Below the pieces are notes generated by a model. That model did no database searches and was not told the DNA's origin. It saw nothing but the letters and a program-made list of their open reading frames with translations. A stretch of DNA of 20,000 nucleotides from an uncultured virus (IMG/VR IMGVR_UViG_3300030503_000396) (taxonomy: Duplodnaviria; Heunggongvirae; Uroviricota; Caudoviricetes). How positions within the stretch are numbered: position 1 is the stretch's first letter; each line of letters begins with the position of its first letter. Of the stretch, positions 15,017-20,000 are shown in pieces. The translations under genes were made by a program, and so were the position numbers. Location: the IMG/VR virus record IMGVR_UViG_3300030503_000396. One strand, written 5' to 3'.

Positions 15017-15918
15017 TGAATTTCGATAAATATTTATTCAGATGCTCCGCTTTGGGGCATCTGATGAGTGATCCTATGGGGGATAGCAATTTTGTAAAAT
15101 GGCAAAAAGCGGCTCAAAAGCATTCGGATATGATTGCAAACGCACCCACACGTTATAATAAAGATGGAGTTACACAGTCTAAACTTTATGACAAGTGGCT
15201 TGAAAAATGTATTGAGCAAACTAAAATAGTTGAAGCGCTACATGCTATTAAAGACGAAATTCAACTTTCCGACGGCGCAAAAATACACTTAATGGATATT
15301 TACATATCAGAAAAATACGGCAGGCGCAGGGAGATTGACAATAAGTATATTCGTAAAGGATTGCAAGTTGAGGAAGATGGAATAACCATTTACAGCCGGA
15401 TTAAAAAAACGTTTTTTAAGAAGAACGAAACGCATTTATTTAATGCCTTTATCAAAGGTACGCCCGATAGTTTTGTCGGTGCATCGATTGGTTCAGCAAA
15501 ACGCATACCTGATATTAAATGCTCATGGGATATGCAAACATTTTTTAGAACGTTTACTAAAGGGATGAATACGCTTTACTATTGGCAGGGAGTTGGGTAT
15601 ATGTGGCTCACAGGGGCTTTATTTTTTGATTTAAGCTATTGCCTTGTAAATACACCACAGCCTCTTATAGAGGCTGAAAAACGGTCGTTGTGGTATAAGT
15701 TAGGTCAACCTGAAGAAACGGACAGTGTGTTTACCGATGGATGTAAACAAATCGAGCTTAATATGACTTACGATGATATTCCATTGCGTGAAAAAATGCT
15801 TGAATATACCATTGAACGCAACGAAGCCGATATTGAATTATTGCAGAAAAAAATAATCGCAGCCCGTGAGTATCTGAATTGGCTTGATGCTGAATTTACC
15901 CTTAAGTTTGCCGCTTAA
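15016..15918 (+). CDS. YqaJ/lambda-type PD-(D/E)xK exonuclease
   Basis: FRCSALG, KGLQVEE, GTPD, DIKCSW, YYWQ..GYMWLTG. Confidence 0.85.
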   Translation: MNFDKYLFRCSALGHLMSDPMGDSNFVKWQKAAQKHSDMIANAPTRYNKDGVTQSKLYDKWLEKCIEQTKIVEALHAIKDEIQLSDGAKIHLMDIYISEKYGRRREIDNKYIRKGLQVEEDGITIYSRIKKTFFKKNETHLFNAFIKGTPDSFVGASIGSAKRIPDIKCSWDMQTFFRTFTKGMNTLYYWQGVGYMWLTGALFFDLSYCLVNTPQPLIEAEKRSLWYKLGQPEETDSVFTDGCKQIELNMTYDDIPLREKMLEYTIERNEADIELLQKKIIAAREYLNWLDAEFTLKFAA

Positions 15919-15961
15919 CCCACCTTTAACACATTTAACCTTTAAACGCAGAAAAAAGAAG

Positions 15962-16156
15962 ATGAAAATACAGAAAATAAAAGTAGAGTTTGAAGTAACA
16001 TTACCAGTTGAGGCTACTTTACAGGAAGCAATTGAATGGGCTGAATATAATGTAAATGCAAGGGCTTCATTAAACCTTAGCAACCCATTGGCAGATTACG
16101 AACTACGCCTTAACGAAAATGATGATTGGGAAACTGTTCATATCGAATCTATCTAA
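15962..16156 (+). CDS. Small acidic hypothetical protein
   Basis: ATG at 15962 after an A-rich leader. Confidence 0.65.
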   Translation: MKIQKIKVEFEVTLPVEATLQEAIEWAEYNVNARASLNLSNPLADYELRLNENDDWETVHIESI

Positions 16157-16398
16157 TGCCCTACGCCCTAACCGTCCGCCCTAAATACGCCAAAGCAGGG
16201 GAATTGGTAACGGTGGTTAACACAACACACCTCCCCGTCCTCATCTGCCGCTCTGCTAATGGGAATTTGTTTCCTTGTAGGGTGGAGGATGTGGGGGAGG
16301 AAAAGCCGAGTGTGGTGGCTGCGAAACCAGAACCCAAACCAACTAACAAAAAATTAACAGCGATTGAGAGATTGCAAATTAAATTACTTAATAAATGA
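16156..16398 (+). CDS. Small hypothetical protein (SH3-like beta pattern)
   Basis: TAATG overlap; MPYALTVRPKYAKAGELVTVV. Confidence 0.6.
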   Translation: MPYALTVRPKYAKAGELVTVVNTTHLPVLICRSANGNLFPCRVEDVGEEKPSVVAAKPEPKPTNKKLTAIERLQIKLLNK

Positions 16399-16700
16399 GT
16401 AACCCAACATTAGAACAAGTTAAATCACTCTATGAATATCTAAAGGGCGAAAGCATTCCTGATGGTTTTCATTTATCAAAAAGTGGAAGACCTAAATTAA
16501 CAGCTAAAAAAGCATATCAAGTAATTTACGTTTTGCAGGAACATTTAAGAATTATCCCTGACACTTTTGAGCAATGTTGGAATTGTAAAGAAATATTTGA
16601 TACAAATGAAAGCGGATTATATTGGGAAAGCAAATCAAGACATTATTGTGATGAGTGTACATATTTAGTACCATATAATTATGACAGAGGTAAAAAGTAA
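16395..16700 (+). CDS. Zn-finger hypothetical protein
   Basis: CWNC...CDEC. Confidence 0.7.
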   Translation: MSNPTLEQVKSLYEYLKGESIPDGFHLSKSGRPKLTAKKAYQVIYVLQEHLRIIPDTFEQCWNCKEIFDTNESGLYWESKSRHYCDECTYLVPYNYDRGKK

Positions 16701-16757
16701 TTACGATATAATATTATTCGATCAGTTAGTTAGTAAGCTTACCCAAACCACCCTCTT

Positions 16758-17138
16758 ATGACCCCAACATCAACCACAGCACGAAAGGAAAGCGAAAGCG
16801 GCTTTAAGCAGGATTATTTGGATCTTCGTAAAACATATAGCAAGCCACAAATATTGCCAATTGAATACGATGAAGCAATAGTTATGGAACGTTGCTCAAA
16901 GCCTAATTGCCACTATTGCGATTTGATGAACCGTAAACAGCGAGATGATATACCATTTCGCAGTAATGGGTGGAGCAACAATGATTTAGCAACACTTGAA
17001 AAGGAGTATGCCATGACACCCATGCCTGAATTGGAACGCATACTTAACCGTTCTGCCAATGCTATTATGTATAAGGCTTCTAAAATTGGGGTTAAAAAGG
17101 TGGTAAAAACTTACAAAGGTTCTCTTAGTATGCGATAA
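16758..17138 (+). CDS. Putative regulator with C-terminal Myb/HTH-like domain
   Basis: WSNNDLATLEKEY...ELERILNRSANAIMYKASKIG; Cys cluster CSKPNCHYC. Confidence 0.65.
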   Translation: MTPTSTTARKESESGFKQDYLDLRKTYSKPQILPIEYDEAIVMERCSKPNCHYCDLMNRKQRDDIPFRSNGWSNNDLATLEKEYAMTPMPELERILNRSANAIMYKASKIGVKKVVKTYKGSLSMR

Positions 17139-17144
17139 AAATTG

Positions 17145-17253
17145 TATATTAGTAAAACGAAAAGATTAAGCTAACGGCCATTAGCTATTATTAATATTTA
17201 TAGCCCATTTGGGGTGATTCGGTGGCCGCTGATGATCCCTGAATGGGTTTTTT
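17145..17253 (+). promoter_or_regulatory. Structured leader with two hairpins that have complementary loops, plus a U tract
   Basis: TATATTAG -7-like element; AGCTAA-CGGCCA-TTAGCT hairpin; terminator-like stem 17202-17253 containing TGGCCG. Confidence 0.65.
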
Positions 17254-17256
17254 GTT

Positions 17257-17439
17257 ATGATAAATACTATTGAGTGTATACATTGGTTTTGCGGACAGTC
17301 ATTAGAAACAATGGCTTATTGGCAACAAAAATATCTTAAAGAAAAAAGCCTCCCGTCTATTGATATGATGTCAAGCGATGTACGTGAATTTTATAAATGG
17401 TTACGTAAACAAGATATTTATGCACCCATTAAGGATTGA
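17257..17439 (+). CDS. Small hypothetical protein
   Basis: 60-aa ORF overlapping the helicase start. Confidence 0.55.
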   Translation: MINTIECIHWFCGQSLETMAYWQQKYLKEKSLPSIDMMSSDVREFYKWLRKQDIYAPIKD

Positions 17440-18976
17440 TTATCAAGTACCGTTTAAGCAAGACCTTGCTATTGCGGTTAAACAGCATAAACACGTATTA
17501 GCGGTAAGTCCAGGTGGTACAGGTAAAACAACGGTGTTCGCTCATATAGCGAAAGGCGCTGCGGATAGGGGTACAACTGTTATTATTCTTACTCACCGAA
17601 TCAATATATTTGAACAAAATTTATTAAATAGTGGTGGCATATCGCTAAATGCGGATACCGACAAAACTATACAAATACAACAAGGTACTGTTTATGTTAT
17701 CATGGCTCAAACAATTAAGTTTAGAGAAGAATGGATTAGCCAATTTAACGCTTTGCCATCGCCAGTATTAACTATTATCGATGAAGCACACGACGCCTCG
17801 TTCTGTTCAATCCTTAATCGCCTTACAAACCGCCGTACTATTGGTTTTACAGCCACGCCAAATTATAGGGATGCTAAACACCTTCCTGATTATTATAATA
17901 CGCTGGTTGAAACGAAACCTATCAGTTGGTTCATATTAAACGAACCTCAATATCTTTGCAGTTATGAGCATATCGAAAAAAGCGCAAAGGATGTTGATAG
18001 TTATTTAGTTAAATTAAATGGGGAATATACAGATAAATCGCAGACTTCATACTTTAGCTCAAAGGCTATTTATGGTGGACTTATTGACGATATACCTGTC
18101 TACAAATTTACTAAGTGCATGATATTTTGCGCCAATATTGCCAATGCTGAAATGATATATGAGCAAATACTCGGAAACGGGTATTTAGCTTGCATAGGAC
18201 ATAGTAAACGAAAGGATGAGGTGCAACAAATAGCGAGATTTAAAGACCTTACTTCTGGTTACGATATACTTGTTTCAGTGGCGGCATACACAACCGGATT
18301 TGATTTTGCAGAAGTTGATCAACTTATGCTTTATAGGGCATTTGGCAATTTATCGCTTTATCTTCAAACGCTTTACCGGGGTAATAGGTTTATTAGGGGA
18401 TTTAAATCTTCGTTCCGTGTTATAGATTACGGCAACAATAAACGCCACGGCTTGTACTTTTTCGACAGACCTTGGCATAAATTATGGAGACCTGAATCGT
18501 TGCGGCTATCGCTGAAAGAACAGGGTATTGAGCCTGTTAAGGAATGCCATGCGTGCCATAGGCTTATTGGACTTATGGCACGAATTTGTCCTTATTGTGA
18601 TGCGGAGCAACCTGTTAATGAAGCGCAGTTAAAAGAGGGTGAATTGATTGATATTACGGCGGCTTTTACGGCAATGAAAGGGCGCAGGATAGCTTCACTT
18701 AACCCAAGGGAGTTATCCATTTACTCAAAGTTGCTCAATAAGGGGCAATTTGCTATACGTATAGCAAAAAGTCACCGCCAGCAAGAGCAAGCCATAAGAC
18801 AATGGGATGTTAAGCCATTACAAGGTAGCGAACCCTACAAACAAGATATTCCACCCAACTACCTCAAAGACTTCGCCCACTACATGGGCTATAAACCTGC
18901 ATGGGCATTTCAGCAGGAAAAATTAATTAAAGATATAACCGAGCCTATTATTTATGCAAATATAATTATCAAATAA
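17420..18976 (+). CDS. Superfamily 2 DEAH helicase with C-terminal Zn finger (RadD/YejH-like phage helicase)
   Basis: SPGGTGKT, IIDEAH, GFTATP, TTGFD, YLQTLYRGNR, CHAC...CPYC, MGYKPAW. Confidence 0.9.
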   Translation: MHPLRIDYQVPFKQDLAIAVKQHKHVLAVSPGGTGKTTVFAHIAKGAADRGTTVIILTHRINIFEQNLLNSGGISLNADTDKTIQIQQGTVYVIMAQTIKFREEWISQFNALPSPVLTIIDEAHDASFCSILNRLTNRRTIGFTATPNYRDAKHLPDYYNTLVETKPISWFILNEPQYLCSYEHIEKSAKDVDSYLVKLNGEYTDKSQTSYFSSKAIYGGLIDDIPVYKFTKCMIFCANIANAEMIYEQILGNGYLACIGHSKRKDEVQQIARFKDLTSGYDILVSVAAYTTGFDFAEVDQLMLYRAFGNLSLYLQTLYRGNRFIRGFKSSFRVIDYGNNKRHGLYFFDRPWHKLWRPESLRLSLKEQGIEPVKECHACHRLIGLMARICPYCDAEQPVNEAQLKEGELIDITAAFTAMKGRRIASLNPRELSIYSKLLNKGQFAIRIAKSHRQQEQAIRQWDVKPLQGSEPYKQDIPPNYLKDFAHYMGYKPAWAFQQEKLIKDITEPIIYANIIIK

Positions 18977-18978
18977 AC

Positions 18979-19009
18979 TTTGTACTTTCAAAGTTAATAC
19001 CTATATTCG
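18979..19009 (+). promoter_or_regulatory. Bacteroidota-type promoter
   Basis: TTTG (18979-18982), 19 nt, TATATTCG (19002-19009). Confidence 0.55.
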
Positions 19010-19033
19010 TTTTATAATTTAAAAAGATCAAAA

Positions 19034-20000
19034 ATGAAAAATCAAAAAATTACTCCCGCCAACATTCAGGCATTAAAAAAGAATGAAGTTTTTGTATTCG
19101 GTTCAAATTTAAACGGCAATCATGCCGGAGGCGCTGCCAGGTTAGCACAAGATAAATTTGGAGCTGTTGATGGTAAATATTTTGGCTTACACGGTCAATC
19201 TTTTGCAATCCCATCATTGGATGAGAGCATGGCAAAAATTAATTTAAAGTCATTGCAATGTTATGTGAATGATTTTTTAGAAATCGCCTCATCGCTTCCT
19301 AAAAAACACTTTTACGTTACAGAAATTGGATGCGGTATAGCCGGGTTTACTCACAACGAAATTGCTCCATTATTTAAAGAATTGCAATTTATTGATAATA
19401 TATCACTTCCACAGTCATTTATTGACATTATAAAACCAAAAAAAGGTTTTAAGGTTACGGATGAAAATATGCAATGCAACCCTGACGGAAAGCCGTTTCA
19501 ATATGAATTAAATAAAATTTACACCATTAAAGGTTTAATTTCTACATGTAATTGGGGTTTCCATTATTGCGAAGAGCTAAACGATTGTTTTAACTATTAT
19601 AGTTTTGACCCAAATAATAGGGTTTTTGAGATAATAGACCACGGGGTTGAAACTAAAACAAATAGAGATAAATCATGCACATCTTCTATTGAGTTGGTGA
19701 AAGAATTATCATGGCTTGAAGTATTAAAATTAGTTAATTCAGGTAAGGGTAATAGTGGACGAAGCAACGCCGGGAACGACAACGCCGGGAACGACAACGC
19801 CGGGAACGACAACGCCGGGAACAGAAACGCCGGGTACAGCAACGCCGGGAACGACAACGCCGGGTACTACAACGCCGGGAACGACAACGCCGGGTACTAC
19901 AACGCCGGGTACAGCAACGCCGGGAACGACAACGCCGGGTACTACAACGCCGGGAACGACAACGCCGGGTACTACAACGCCGGGAACAGAAACGCCGGGT
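19034..20000 (+). CDS. Macrodomain-like (A1S_2505 family) + DUF7666-like + pentapeptide-repeat fusion protein, running off the window (not in ORF track)
   Basis: Manual translation is open for 322 codons: MKNQKITPANI...EVFVFGSNLNGNHAGGAA...GQSFAIPS...FYVTEIGCGIAGF...IAPLF; then KGFKVTDENMQC...FQYE...CNWGFHYC...DCFNYY; then NAGxx repeats. Confidence 0.85.
   Translation, partial: MKNQKITPANIQALKKNEVFVFGSNLNGNHAGGAARLAQDKFGAVDGKYFGLHGQSFAIPSLDESMAKINLKSLQCYVNDFLEIASSLPKKHFYVTEIGCGIAGFTHNEIAPLFKELQFIDNISLPQSFIDIIKPKKGFKVTDENMQCNPDGKPFQYELNKIYTIKGLISTCNWGFHYCEELNDCFNYYSFDPNNRVFEIIDHGVETKTNRDKSCTSSIELVKELSWLEVLKLVNSGKGNSGRSNAGNDNAGNDNAGNDNAGNRNAGYSNAGNDNAGYYNAGNDNAGYYNAGYSNAGNDNAGYYNAGNDNAGYYNAGNRNAG
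19766..20000 (+). repeat. At least 15 x 15-bp coding tandem repeat
   Basis: AAC GCC GGG plus two variable codons (ND, NR, YS, YY). Confidence 0.95.

Noticed and set aside
999..16349. Other antisense or alternate-frame track ORFs (e.g. 999, 1697, 1879, 2697, 3444, 6769, 8000, 10958, 14626, 15838, 16161)
   Set aside because: They overlap better-supported genes and have no motifs or leaders.
19050..19857. Track ORFs 19050..19235 (-) and 19597..19857 (-)
   Set aside because: Antisense shadows of the plus-strand gene starting at 19034.
19766..20000. AAC-rich repeats as a diversity-generating retroelement TR/VR
   Set aside because: Tandem 15-mers with invariant scaffold adenines; no second long copy and no reverse transcriptase in the window.
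1..20000. Stop-codon reassignment
   Set aside because: Conserved genes are full length in code 11, and TAA, TAG and TGA all end genes at plausible boundaries.

Overview
AT-rich tailed-phage or prophage segment. The host is probably Bacteroidota: several TTTG-N19-21-TAnnTT(T/A/C)G promoters are present and leaders are A-rich with no Shine-Dalgarno. Layout: 3' end of a tail-fibre gene, then a lysis-region block (small membrane proteins, a signal-peptide-bearing non-specific nuclease, DUF5675, GH108 endolysin, holin-like protein). Next come a short C5 DNA methyltransferase and an HNH nuclease, a leftward run of small hypothetical genes, a GIY-YIG nuclease at the divergence point, and a rightward block with an ssDNA-annealing protein/YqaJ exonuclease pair and an SF2 helicase. 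Most notable: (1) four, possibly five, transcription units whose 5' leader is exactly complementary to a unit-specific 7-12 nt sequence between the last stop codon and the terminator; (2) two DUF7666-like proteins with DNA-identical tandem repeats that vary only at one two-codon slot, one of them (missed by the ORF track, 19034 to the end) fused to a macrodomain-like domain; (3) several candidate structured RNAs (4257-4407, 5385-5680, and a kissing-loop leader at 17169-17253). All family assignments come from motif recognition, not from searches.
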